A stretch of 35,448 nucleotides of DNA from an uncultured Candidatus Saccharibacteria bacterium (lineage in GTDB: Bacteria > Patescibacteriota > Andersenbacteria > UBA10190), in assembly GCA_964413615.1 (NCBI GenBank), contig CAYPSL010000004.1:1-35448 (forward strand). The letters run 5' to 3'. Made by a program: the position numbers and the translations under genes. The notes beneath the pieces are model-generated. The model saw only the letters and a list, made by a program, of their open reading frames with translations, had not been told where the DNA came from and ran no database searches. The first letter of the stretch is position 1, and each line of letters starts with the position of its first letter. Of this stretch, positions 8,776-17,013 are shown piece after piece.

Positions 8776-10740
8776 ATGGAAGAGGATATTACAAAGAAGA
8801 AGCCAGAGAATCAGGACGATGGTATTTCAATGCTGCGTCGGAATTTGTATGCAAAGGAAGAGTCTGAAGAATTAAAGAAGCGCACGCAAGAGTTATTGCT
8901 TCCAAAGCAGCCCAAAGTTCGCCCAGAGGCAACGGTAAAGGATCATCCAGAGCTTACGAACCTTATGGCAGAAAAAGCTGCCCAGCGAAAAAAGATTCTT
9001 ACCCGGTCCGGAATAGCGATTATAGCTTTATTGATATTTTCTGCCGGTGTTGCGCTTACGTTTTGGTATCGAAGCACTCGCCAAGTGCAACAGTCTCAGG
9101 TGCAGATAGAAATAGGGGCTCCTACTCGATTTACCGCGGGGGGGACGATTTCGTATGCGGTGAATATTACAAACAAAAGCAATGTTGATTGGGGAACGGT
9201 TGATGTGAGGTTTACTTCTCCGAGCGGCTTTGTGTACGAATCCTCATCTCCTAATGGTCGTGCGAGCGATAAAATTGTAGAAGCTTCGCTCCCTGCGCTT
9301 TCGTCTGGAGACTCTGAAACTTTTACCGTTTCTGGGAGGTTGGTTGGCGAAGAGGGGGCAACTGCACTTGCAAGCGCGGAAGTTACAATCAGCCCGAAGA
9401 ATTTTCCTAAAGAAAAAATCGTACAATCACAAACTGCAAATACGGTAATTTCTGCAATTCCACTTGATATATCCATAGAAGCGGGAAAGAGCGCCGCAGT
9501 TGGAGAGCGTGTTGCTGCAATTATTCATGTTCGCAATTTAAGCGATACTCCTATTGAGGGCGCGGTGTTAAAGCTTACCCCTGCTCCCGGCATGCAGCTT
9601 GCTATTGAAGACACTGGGTTTAGCGCAGAGTTTTCGGTTGTGGACTCTTTCTGGAGGCTTCCAACGATTGCGCCGCTCGATGAAGTTGTTCGATATTCTG
9701 TGCTGTATGTAAGCGGTAATTCAGGAGATCGAAGAGAGTTAGAAGTTGCAGTTATGCAGCAGCAAAAAGAAGAAACCTTTACGCTTCGCAAGATTGCTCA
9801 TGTTGTTTCTGTTACATCTTCTCAGCTTACCGTTGCTCAAGCATTTAATAATAGTTCCGAGGGAAAGCTTACCGTTGCTGCCGAACAGCGCGTCGATGGT
9901 GTTGTGCAATATAAGAATACGGGGACTACGGGGCTTACCGATGCGATTGTAAAAGTAAAATTTGAAGGAACGGGCCTTGATATATCCACGCTTAAGTTGA
10001 ATTCAGGAGCATACGACCCAACTACAAATACGCTTACATGGACGGCCGCTTCGCTCCCTGCGCTAAAAAGTATTCTGCCGGGAACAGAGGGCAAGATTAC
10101 ATATTCGTTTAATATTCTTCCGTTTGCGAAATTCCCGCTTCAGCCAAATGGAAAAAACCAGCAATTAATCGCAACAGCTTCCGTGGATAGTCCGGATCTT
10201 CCGAAACCTACAGGACAGACTCGGCAAGTTATTTCGGATCGATTCTTTTTGCCAGTTACCACAGGGGTTCTCCTGGGAATGGATGCGTTTTATGACGATG
10301 GCCGACTTGGCATTACCAGTACGGGACCTATTCCTCCGCGCGTAGGCGAGCAAACCACATACACACTTCGTACAAGAATCGGATCTTCGTTAAATGATGT
10401 GGAAAATGCTCAGATCGTTATTGTCCTGCCTGATGGAGTTTCGTATACCAATAAGTTTTACAAGACTGCAGGAGATATTGATTTTAATGCTCGTACAAAT
10501 ACCATGACCTGGACAATTCCGTTGTTGGAAGGCTTGGTGGGACGAGCTGTTCCTTCTCATGAATTAAACATGCAAATTGCAATTACTCCGGGCGGAAATG
10601 TGCGCGGGCAAGTTGTTCCTTTTGTAAAAAGTATCCAGGTACGAGGTACGGATTCCTTTACGGATGTGCTTACGCAAGCGTCACTTACAGAATATCCGAA
10701 TACGCGGAGCGCATCTCCACAAAACGGAGACGTTCAGTAA
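8776..10740 (+). CDS. membrane-anchored surface protein with DUF11/CARDB-like Ig-fold repeats
   Basis: 654 aa. A charged N-terminal tail of about 75 aa is followed by one TM helix (IAIIALLIFSAGVALTFWY). Then come at least four repeats of the type ...Y.V.I.N.S....V.V....P.G..., for example ISYAVNITNKSNVDWGTVDV and VAAIIHVRNLSDTPIEGAVLKL. Confidence 0.75.
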   Translation: MEEDITKKKPENQDDGISMLRRNLYAKEESEELKKRTQELLLPKQPKVRPEATVKDHPELTNLMAEKAAQRKKILTRSGIAIIALLIFSAGVALTFWYRSTRQVQQSQVQIEIGAPTRFTAGGTISYAVNITNKSNVDWGTVDVRFTSPSGFVYESSSPNGRASDKIVEASLPALSSGDSETFTVSGRLVGEEGATALASAEVTISPKNFPKEKIVQSQTANTVISAIPLDISIEAGKSAAVGERVAAIIHVRNLSDTPIEGAVLKLTPAPGMQLAIEDTGFSAEFSVVDSFWRLPTIAPLDEVVRYSVLYVSGNSGDRRELEVAVMQQQKEETFTLRKIAHVVSVTSSQLTVAQAFNNSSEGKLTVAAEQRVDGVVQYKNTGTTGLTDAIVKVKFEGTGLDISTLKLNSGAYDPTTNTLTWTAASLPALKSILPGTEGKITYSFNILPFAKFPLQPNGKNQQLIATASVDSPDLPKPTGQTRQVISDRFFLPVTTGVLLGMDAFYDDGRLGITSTGPIPPRVGEQTTYTLRTRIGSSLNDVENAQIVIVLPDGVSYTNKFYKTAGDIDFNARTNTMTWTIPLLEGLVGRAVPSHELNMQIAITPGGNVRGQVVPFVKSIQVRGTDSFTDVLTQASLTEYPNTRSASPQNGDVQ

Positions 10741-10770
10741 TTCTTGCGTATACAGGAGGGAAGCCCTACT

Positions 10771-11907
10771 ATGCCAAGCATGTTTTCATTTACTGTTGAA
10801 AAGAAACTTCATAACGCTCGCCTTTCTACTCTTGTAACTCCTCATGGAGCAATTCCTGGTCCATTTTTTCAATTTGTTGCTACGCAGGGTGCTATTAGGG
10901 GTCAGGTAATGAGCGAAGATATGGAAGCGTTGGGTGCAGATATTCTGCTTGCTAATACGTACCACCTTCATTTGCGCCCAGGGGAAGACCGGGTTGAGCG
11001 ATTGGGCGGTTTGCATGGAATGATGCATTGGAATAAGCCGATGACTACTGATTCTGGAGGGTATCAGGTATTTAGTTTGGGGAATCACGTAAAAATAGAT
11101 CCCGATGGCGTAACATTCCAAAGTCAGTTGGATGGCAGCTCTCATCGATTTACTCCGGAAATTGTGATGCAAATTGAAGCAAAGCTAGGGCCCGATATTA
11201 TTATGCCGCTTGATGTATGCACTCCGTTTTCCGCTTCACGAGAAGAGGTTGAGCGGGCAATTTTACTTTCTACGCAGTGGGCAAAACGTTCAAAGGAAGA
11301 GCAGGAGCGCATAGGTAGCCCTCAGGCACTCTATGGAATCGTGCAGGGCGGGCTGTTTCCAGATCTTCGCGATAAAGCTGCGGCAGCGCTGCGGGAGATT
11401 GGATTTTTTGGATATAGTATTGGTGGCGAACTGCAGGAAAAAGGAGAAAAAGAATTAGGGCCTATTGTGCGCGCTACTGTCTCCCATCTCCCGGAAGATG
11501 CGCCTCGATATTTAATGGGGTACGGAAAGCCGGAAGATATTGTAGAGGCTGTTCGATTCGGAGTTGATCAGTTTGATTGCGTGTTGCCTATTCGCAATGC
11601 TCGCCATGGGCAGGTGTTTTCTGAATTGAACGAAGAGGAGCTTGCAAAATGCCTGCGCGATCCTGAATATCCTGTTGATTCAAAAAAGCTATATAAGGTA
11701 ATTGATATTACAAAAGCAATGTATGCGGATGACGATACTGTATTCGCACCAAATAACGCCGTGCTTGTGCATCCGTATACTCGTTCGTATGTACACCATT
11801 TAATGCGTGCGGAAGCTCCGTCTGGAATGAGGATGGCAGTGCTTGCGAATATTGCATTCTATGTGCAGCTTATGAAATCAATTCGAAGCATTATTGCACA
11901 GGGATAG
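10771..11907 (+). CDS. tgt: tRNA-guanine transglycosylase family protein (divergent; Zn-site ligands absent)
   Basis: TIM-barrel TGT motifs are present: TDSGGYQV, PLDVCT, RYLMGYGKPEDIVEAV..VDQFDCVLPIRNARHG. AGGAGGG at 10754-10760 supports ATG 10771 over TTG 10744. Confidence 0.88.
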   Translation: MPSMFSFTVEKKLHNARLSTLVTPHGAIPGPFFQFVATQGAIRGQVMSEDMEALGADILLANTYHLHLRPGEDRVERLGGLHGMMHWNKPMTTDSGGYQVFSLGNHVKIDPDGVTFQSQLDGSSHRFTPEIVMQIEAKLGPDIIMPLDVCTPFSASREEVERAILLSTQWAKRSKEEQERIGSPQALYGIVQGGLFPDLRDKAAAALREIGFFGYSIGGELQEKGEKELGPIVRATVSHLPEDAPRYLMGYGKPEDIVEAVRFGVDQFDCVLPIRNARHGQVFSELNEEELAKCLRDPEYPVDSKKLYKVIDITKAMYADDDTVFAPNNAVLVHPYTRSYVHHLMRAEAPSGMRMAVLANIAFYVQLMKSIRSIIAQG

Positions 11908-11910
11908 GCG

Positions 11911-11919
11911 TGTTATACT
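11911..11919 (+). promoter_or_regulatory. extended -10 promoter element (TGtTATACT)
   Basis: TGT TATACT at 11911-11919 lies exactly 9 nt upstream of ATG 11929, with no SD. The geometry is the same as at 8758. Confidence 0.45.
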
Positions 11920-11928
11920 GAAAAAACG

Positions 11929-12345
11929 ATGGGGATTTTTTCTGACATCTTATTTGGCCCTTCAAAAAAGAAGAAGGGTCCGGAAGAGCTGCAGCGCATA
12001 GCGCAAAGCAGTTCGATTTTAGGTAATCTTACTGGTTCCAGCGCATATAGCCGCGAATGGGTGCGCCAGCGAAAAGAAATAGTACAGGAAGCTAAAAAGC
12101 AAGAACGAAGCATGCGGAAGAGGTGGTCGAAAGAGGATCGCCACGTGGACCGGTACTTAGAAAAAACAAAAGCCCGATACGAAAGGCGCATGAAGCCAGA
12201 AAAGGCAGAAGTGTTTTTCGGAAAGCATGAGCGCGAAGAGCGCCGCAGGCTTCAGCGCGAGCGCGATCGGGCGCTTGCGGAACATGAACGGGAAAAGAAC
12301 GAAAAGATTCGTGCTATTGCACGAGGGATTTCGGAGTGGAAATAG
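11929..12345 (+). CDS. hypothetical highly charged (K/R/E-rich) protein
   Basis: 138-aa ORF filling the tgt-glyQS gap. Predicted long charged helices (RRRLQRERDRALAEHEREKNEK). No family recognised. Confidence 0.55.
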   Translation: MGIFSDILFGPSKKKKGPEELQRIAQSSSILGNLTGSSAYSREWVRQRKEIVQEAKKQERSMRKRWSKEDRHVDRYLEKTKARYERRMKPEKAEVFFGKHEREERRRLQRERDRALAEHEREKNEKIRAIARGISEWK

Positions 12346-12371
12346 ATTCGCAGGTAGTATAGGGTAGGTAT

Positions 12372-13682
12372 ATGAACGAAACTCCAAGCATGGAAACGAT
12401 TGTAAATCTCGCAAAGCGCAGAGGGTTTATTTTTGCAGGGTCTGAAATATATGGAGGGTTAGCCAATAGCTGGGATTACGGACCGCTCGGAGTTGAGCTA
12501 AAAAACAACATCAAGCAGGCATGGTGGAAGAAATTTGTGCGCGGCAGGCAGGATGTGGTTGGTATAGATGCTGCAGTTATTATGAATCCGAAAGTATGGG
12601 AAGCTTCTGGGCATGTGGCGACATTCCATGATCCATTAGTTGAATGTTCGAATTGTCATGGGCGTTTTCGGGCAGACCATATTGATGCTGCAAAACCTTG
12701 CCCGACGTGTGGTGAAAAAGCGACATTTACCCAGCCGCAGCAATTTAATTTAATGTTTAAGACGCATCTTGGTCCTTCGGAAGCAACCGCAAACGAAGTG
12801 TACCTTCGCCCAGAAACAGCGCAGGCAATGTTTGTAGATTTTCCGCAGGTGTTAGCATCTACGCGCAAAAAACTTCCGTTCGGTATTGCGCAAATCGGCC
12901 GCGCCTTTCGAAATGAAATAACTCCCGGAAACTTTATTTTCCGAACTCGAGAATTTGAGCAAATGGAAATTGAATATTTTGTAAAGGAGTCTGACTGGGA
13001 GAATCAGTTCGATGCATGGCTTACTCTCATGCACGACTGGATTGCAGAATGTGGAATTGATACATCAAAAGTTCATGATCTTGAGATTCCAGCAGAGGAC
13101 CGTGCCCACTATTCTAGCCGCACTACTGACATTGAATTTGATTTTCCGTTCGGCCGCGGAGAATTGTATGGAATTGCATACCGTAGCGATTTTGATTTGA
13201 AGAGCCACGCGGCATCTTCTGGAAAAGAGCTTTCGTATTTGGATCCGGAAACAAATGAAAAATTTGTTCCCCATGTAATCGAGCCTACGTTCGGGGTGGA
13301 TCGCACGGTGCTTGCGGTGCTCGCGTCTGCGTATAAGGAAGAAGAAGTAAAAGGAGAAAAGCGCGTGGTACTCGCATTCCCCGCTCACCTCGCGCCCTAT
13401 CAGGCCGCCGTACTGCCCTTGATGAAAAAGCCGGAACTTACAGAGGTTGCAAAAGCTATTGTGGGCGAACTTTCGGGGCATATGTCTGTGGAGTACGACG
13501 AAACGCAATCAATCGGAAAGCGCTATCGCAGGCAAGATGAAATTGGAACGCCGTTCTGCATCACCGTGGATTACGATTCTTTGGAAGATAAAAGTGTTAC
13601 AGTCCGGGATCGAGATTCAATGGCCCAAGAGCGTATTGCGATAGAAAAATTGTCCGAATACTTGAAAGGGAAGATTAAATAG
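12372..13682 (+). CDS. glyQS: glycyl-tRNA synthetase, dimeric (alpha2) class II type
   Basis: 436 aa. The N-terminus IVNLAKRRGFIFAGSEIYGGLANSWDYGPLGVELKNNIK is diagnostic. Also present are class II motifs FRNEITPGNFIFRTREFEQMEIEYF and GVDRTVLA, and a C-terminal anticodon-binding domain. Confidence 0.96.
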   Translation: MNETPSMETIVNLAKRRGFIFAGSEIYGGLANSWDYGPLGVELKNNIKQAWWKKFVRGRQDVVGIDAAVIMNPKVWEASGHVATFHDPLVECSNCHGRFRADHIDAAKPCPTCGEKATFTQPQQFNLMFKTHLGPSEATANEVYLRPETAQAMFVDFPQVLASTRKKLPFGIAQIGRAFRNEITPGNFIFRTREFEQMEIEYFVKESDWENQFDAWLTLMHDWIAECGIDTSKVHDLEIPAEDRAHYSSRTTDIEFDFPFGRGELYGIAYRSDFDLKSHAASSGKELSYLDPETNEKFVPHVIEPTFGVDRTVLAVLASAYKEEEVKGEKRVVLAFPAHLAPYQAAVLPLMKKPELTEVAKAIVGELSGHMSVEYDETQSIGKRYRRQDEIGTPFCITVDYDSLEDKSVTVRDRDSMAQERIAIEKLSEYLKGKIK

Positions 13683-13690
13683 TCGTTATC

Positions 13691-13714
13691 CCCTCTCCCC
13701 AATTGGGGAGAGGG
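13691..13714. repeat. 24-bp perfect palindrome CCCTCTCCCCAATTGGGGAGAGGG (left flank of the DUF559 gene)
   Basis: 10-bp GC-rich arms around AATT, 9 nt after the glyQS stop codon. There is no T-tract behind it. A 23/24-identical copy lies at 14119-14142. Confidence 0.9.
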
Positions 13715-13740
13715 AGGGGGTGAGGGCTGCCCAATAGGAA

Positions 13741-13746
13741 TATACT
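13741..13746 (+). promoter_or_regulatory. -10-like hexamer TATACT, 9 nt upstream of the DUF559 ATG
   Basis: TATACT at 13741-13746 is followed by 9 nt, then ATG 13756, with no SD. Confidence 0.4.
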
Positions 13747-13755
13747 TACCCATAT

Positions 13756-14118
13756 ATGGGTATTGTTCGCAACCGGAAAAAATCCACTCCTATGCGTCGT
13801 CTCCTCCGCACAGCCATATCCGAACCAGAACAAAAACTCTGGTATTTCTTACGGAGAAAACAATTGAAAGGCCTCAAGTTTAAACGACAATATTCAGTCG
13901 GACGATACGTCGTAGATTTCTACTGCCATGCCGGAAGACTAGCTATCGAAGTAGATGGAGATTCTCACTACACAACCCAGGGTGAAACCTATGATCAAGA
14001 ACGCACGGAATATCTGAATGCATGTGGTATACAAGTAATGCGTTTTACTAACAAAGAGGTCATGGAAAACATCGAAGGAGTGTTGGGTGCAATTGCATCA
14101 ATGCTGCCCTCTCCCTAA
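13756..14118 (+). CDS. DUF559 domain protein (Vsr/restriction-endonuclease-like fold)
   Basis: 120 aa. Family pattern: E..LW..LR..QL.G.KFKRQ...G.Y.VDFYC....LAIEVDGDSH.....YD..R...L...GI.V+RF.N.EV. The last codons (LPSP*) run into the right-hand repeat. Confidence 0.88.
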   Translation: MGIVRNRKKSTPMRRLLRTAISEPEQKLWYFLRRKQLKGLKFKRQYSVGRYVVDFYCHAGRLAIEVDGDSHYTTQGETYDQERTEYLNACGIQVMRFTNKEVMENIEGVLGAIASMLPSP

Positions 14119-14142
14119 CCCTCTCCCCAATTAGGGAGAGGG
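14119..14142. repeat. 24-bp near-palindrome CCCTCTCCCCAATTAGGGAGAGGG (right flank of the DUF559 gene)
   Basis: 23/24 identical to 13691-13714 and in direct orientation. It is preceded by a partial extra copy (GCCCTCTCCC at 14106-14115) that overlaps the end of the DUF559 ORF. Confidence 0.9.
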
Positions 14143-14188
14143 GAGCGCTAAGCTTTTCTTTTTTGTATTTGTTCTGTACTGTATTTGT

Positions 14189-15466
14189 ATGTCACAATTT
14201 TCTTTAATCAAAAAAACATTGCCTTCGGGTCTTCGAACTATCATTATGCCGCGCGCTGAAATGGCGTCGGCTACTATCTTAGTATTAATTGGAGTTGGGT
14301 CCAGATACGAAACTCCAAAACAATCCGGACTGTCTCATTTTTTGGAACACATGTTTTTTAAAGGAACGGAAACTCGCCCAACAACGAAAGAAATTGCAGA
14401 GGCGGTAGATAATGTGGGCGGAGAATTTAATGCGTTTACTACAGAAGAGTTTACCGGGTACTACGTAAAGGTTGCCTCTGAGCATTTAGAGCGAGGCGCT
14501 GATGTAGTTTCCGATATTTTATTGCGACCGCTATTTCCGGTAGAGGAAATTGAGCGCGAACGAGGCGTTATTCAGGAAGAAATTAAAATGTATACCGACA
14601 ATCCGATGCGCCATATTAATAATCTGTGGCAGAAGATGATGTTTGGCGAACATGGGCTTGGTCGTAGAGTGGATGGGTACAAAGAAACGGTAGGCGCAAT
14701 GAAGCGCAAAGATTTCTTGGCGTATGTAAAATCCCATTACCATACCGGCAATGCGATCGTGGTTGTAGCTGGGAATGTTGATGTAAAGAAAACTCAAAAA
14801 ATGCTTGCGAAGCTATTTGCTCCGCTTGCAGTTGGATCGGAAACGGCCCCAAAGCCTGCTCCAAAGAAATTGCCTGCGCAGCAATTTATTCATGAGTATC
14901 GAAAAACATTAGACCAGACCCACATGATGGTCGGTGTTCCTGGCGTATCAAATACTGATCCGCGAAGATACGCAGTAAGCTTGTTGGCCGCAATATTAGG
15001 TGGTGGCATGAGCAGCAGATTATTCTTGAATGTTCGGGAGCGGAACGGGCTTGCATACATGGTTCGTACGTCTTCTGAATCGTATGTAGATGCAGGAAGC
15101 TTTGTAACCCAAACGGGCGTACGCACAGAAAAGGCAGAAGATGCACTCAAGATTATTTTGGAAGAATATGACCGAATTATGGAAGAGCCGGTATCGGAAG
15201 AAGAGCTGTATAAAGTAAAGCAGATGACCCAAGGAAATTTAGTTCTTGACCTAGAAGAAACAAACGCTCTCGCGCTCTTTACCAGCGTGCAGGAGCTCAC
15301 AGAGCACAGAATTCTTACTCCTGATCAGATTATGAAGCATATTGATGCGGTTACCCCTGAAGATATCCAGCAGGTTGCCCAAGAGCTTCTTCGTAAGGAT
15401 AAGCGAGCTGTTGCATTGCTTGGTCCGCAAAAATCCTCCAAGGCATTTGAAAAATTGCTCAAGTAA
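14189..15466 (+). CDS. M16 family (insulinase/pitrilysin-like) zinc peptidase
   Basis: 425 aa. Inverted zinc motif HFLEHMFFKG (HxxEH), then the downstream REREVIQEE-like segment (ERERGVIQEEIKMY). Two-domain M16 length. Confidence 0.9.
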   Translation: MSQFSLIKKTLPSGLRTIIMPRAEMASATILVLIGVGSRYETPKQSGLSHFLEHMFFKGTETRPTTKEIAEAVDNVGGEFNAFTTEEFTGYYVKVASEHLERGADVVSDILLRPLFPVEEIERERGVIQEEIKMYTDNPMRHINNLWQKMMFGEHGLGRRVDGYKETVGAMKRKDFLAYVKSHYHTGNAIVVVAGNVDVKKTQKMLAKLFAPLAVGSETAPKPAPKKLPAQQFIHEYRKTLDQTHMMVGVPGVSNTDPRRYAVSLLAAILGGGMSSRLFLNVRERNGLAYMVRTSSESYVDAGSFVTQTGVRTEKAEDALKIILEEYDRIMEEPVSEEELYKVKQMTQGNLVLDLEETNALALFTSVQELTEHRILTPDQIMKHIDAVTPEDIQQVAQELLRKDKRAVALLGPQKSSKAFEKLLK

Positions 15467-15481
15467 GCGTATTGTGGATAT

Positions 15482-16522
15482 ATGCCACGAACTGCACCGA
15501 TAGATATATCATCGTCTACAATTATTCGCGTTATTCTTTTCTGTATCCTGTTCTGGGTTCTATTCCTGGTTACGGACGTCCTCTTAATGCTTATTGGTGC
15601 GATTATTATTTCGTTTGCCATTGAGCCTATTGCGCATAAGCTTCGTACATACCACATACCGAGAGCAATTTCTGTAGTATCTGTATATTTGGTGTTTCTT
15701 GGGCTGATTGCCGCGGCAGTCACTATTATCCTCCCTGCGCTTGCCGAACAGACAAGCCAGCTTGCCTCTCAGGTGCCGCAGTTGGTGTTGAATATCGAGG
15801 AAAAGATTGGTCGCGTTCCTGGGTTTAATCCAGAATTTGCAATTCCTCAATTACAGCAAAGTTTGAGCTCTATTGGGGATAATCTTGCTAACTTAAGCAC
15901 AACAATATTCCAACAAACAAAATCTATTTTCTCGAGCATATTCTCGTTAGTGTTTGTGTTTATTATTGCGTTTTACTTAGTTATCGAAGAGGACGCTTTG
16001 AAAAAAGTATTTCGATTTGTGATTCCGCGCCAGCACATGGCATACGTTGAATTGATGATCGATAGGATTCAGAAAAAGCTCGGCAGGTGGGTGTTGGCAC
16101 AACTGTTCTTAGGCTTGGTTGTGGGCGTATGCGTTGGATTGCTGCTTTGGTTGTTCGGAGTAAAGTACGCGCTTGCGTTGGGATTAGTTGCAGGTTTGCT
16201 CGAAGTATTTCCTTTTATTGGCCCGCTTATATCTGGAGTTATTGGTACATTGCTCGCATTATCACAGTCCTTTACTCTCGGAATTGCTGCGCTTGCGGTC
16301 TACATCTTAATTCAGCAGGCGGAAAACAACATCTTGATTCCGAATATTATGCGTAAGGCAACAGGGCTTAACCCCTTGGTTACATTAATTGCTATCTTGC
16401 TTGGCGGAAGGCTTGCGGGGATCGTTGGAGTTATTCTGTCGGTGCCGATTGCTACTATTATCAGTATTATCCTTTCGGATTTCTTTTCTACTGCAGCCTC
16501 TGACGACGAACTTGCGGGGTAG
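15482..16522 (+). CDS. AI-2E family transporter (PerM/UPF0118)
   Basis: 346 aa and polytopic. The C-terminal signature region is ENNILIPNIMRKATGLNPLVTLIAILLGGRLAGIVGVILSVPIA. Confidence 0.9.
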   Translation: MPRTAPIDISSSTIIRVILFCILFWVLFLVTDVLLMLIGAIIISFAIEPIAHKLRTYHIPRAISVVSVYLVFLGLIAAAVTIILPALAEQTSQLASQVPQLVLNIEEKIGRVPGFNPEFAIPQLQQSLSSIGDNLANLSTTIFQQTKSIFSSIFSLVFVFIIAFYLVIEEDALKKVFRFVIPRQHMAYVELMIDRIQKKLGRWVLAQLFLGLVVGVCVGLLLWLFGVKYALALGLVAGLLEVFPFIGPLISGVIGTLLALSQSFTLGIAALAVYILIQQAENNILIPNIMRKATGLNPLVTLIAILLGGRLAGIVGVILSVPIATIISIILSDFFSTAASDDELAG

Positions 16523-16527
16523 GCTCT

Positions 16528-16980
16528 TTATTTCCACAACAGCACGAGGATTGCTGCTATTCCTCCAACAATAATTTGAGAGATAAGCCCAAGCGATGGG
16601 CTTTCTGTTTCTCGTTGAATTTTTTCATGGAATGCAAATGCATGGCGAATCCAAGCAGGCGCCTTTTTTCTTGTAGGTTCTTGTAAAAAACTCCAAAACG
16701 CGTGCAGTACATCGGGGGCGTTTCCGCCTGCAATTGCGGCAAGGATTGATAGGCTTAGTACGTGATTACCAAGCAATGCATACGAAATTGCAATTCCGCC
16801 CAATACATCGAGCGCTACAAGCCCAAACGGATATTTTTTATAGTGATGGGGGTAGATGTTCCAGTGCAGGAGCGTATCGGAGAATAGATGCGCAACGAAT
16901 GCGCATACAAAAATAAGAAACGGATTATAGAGCGCAAGCCCGAATGGCAGGCTTATTATGGTATGAAAAGTAGATAGCAT
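16528..16980 (-). CDS. polytopic membrane protein, possibly DUF457/YdjM-like metal-dependent hydrolase (tentative)
   Basis: I prefer the ATG at 16980 (MLSTFHTII...), which avoids overlap with tatD. His-rich motifs (FHT, AHLFSDTLLHWN, HAF..FHEK) sit within 4-5 hydrophobic helices. Family assignment is weak. Confidence 0.6.
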   Translation of the reverse strand: MLSTFHTIISLPFGLALYNPFLIFVCAFVAHLFSDTLLHWNIYPHHYKKYPFGLVALDVLGGIAISYALLGNHVLSLSILAAIAGGNAPDVLHAFWSFLQEPTRKKAPAWIRHAFAFHEKIQRETESPSLGLISQIIVGGIAAILVLLWK

Positions 16981-17013
16981 ATAGAAAGAGTATATCGTAT
17001 TATGCAAAGCAAT

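Noticed and set aside
10744-10770. TTG start for tgt at 10744. The same applies to the upstream starts at 2376 (GlsB family gene) and 1111 (membrane protein).
   Set aside because: In each case a strong SD (AGGAGG or GGAGG) lies inside the proposed extension at the correct distance from an internal ATG. The homologous or hydrophobic N-terminus begins at that ATG.
13691-13714. The GC-rich palindrome after glyQS as an ordinary intrinsic terminator
   Set aside because: No U-tract follows the hairpin; the next bases are AGGGGGTGAGGGC. A near-identical copy recurs on the other side of the DUF559 gene, so it is better described as a flanking repeat. It may still pause or terminate transcription.
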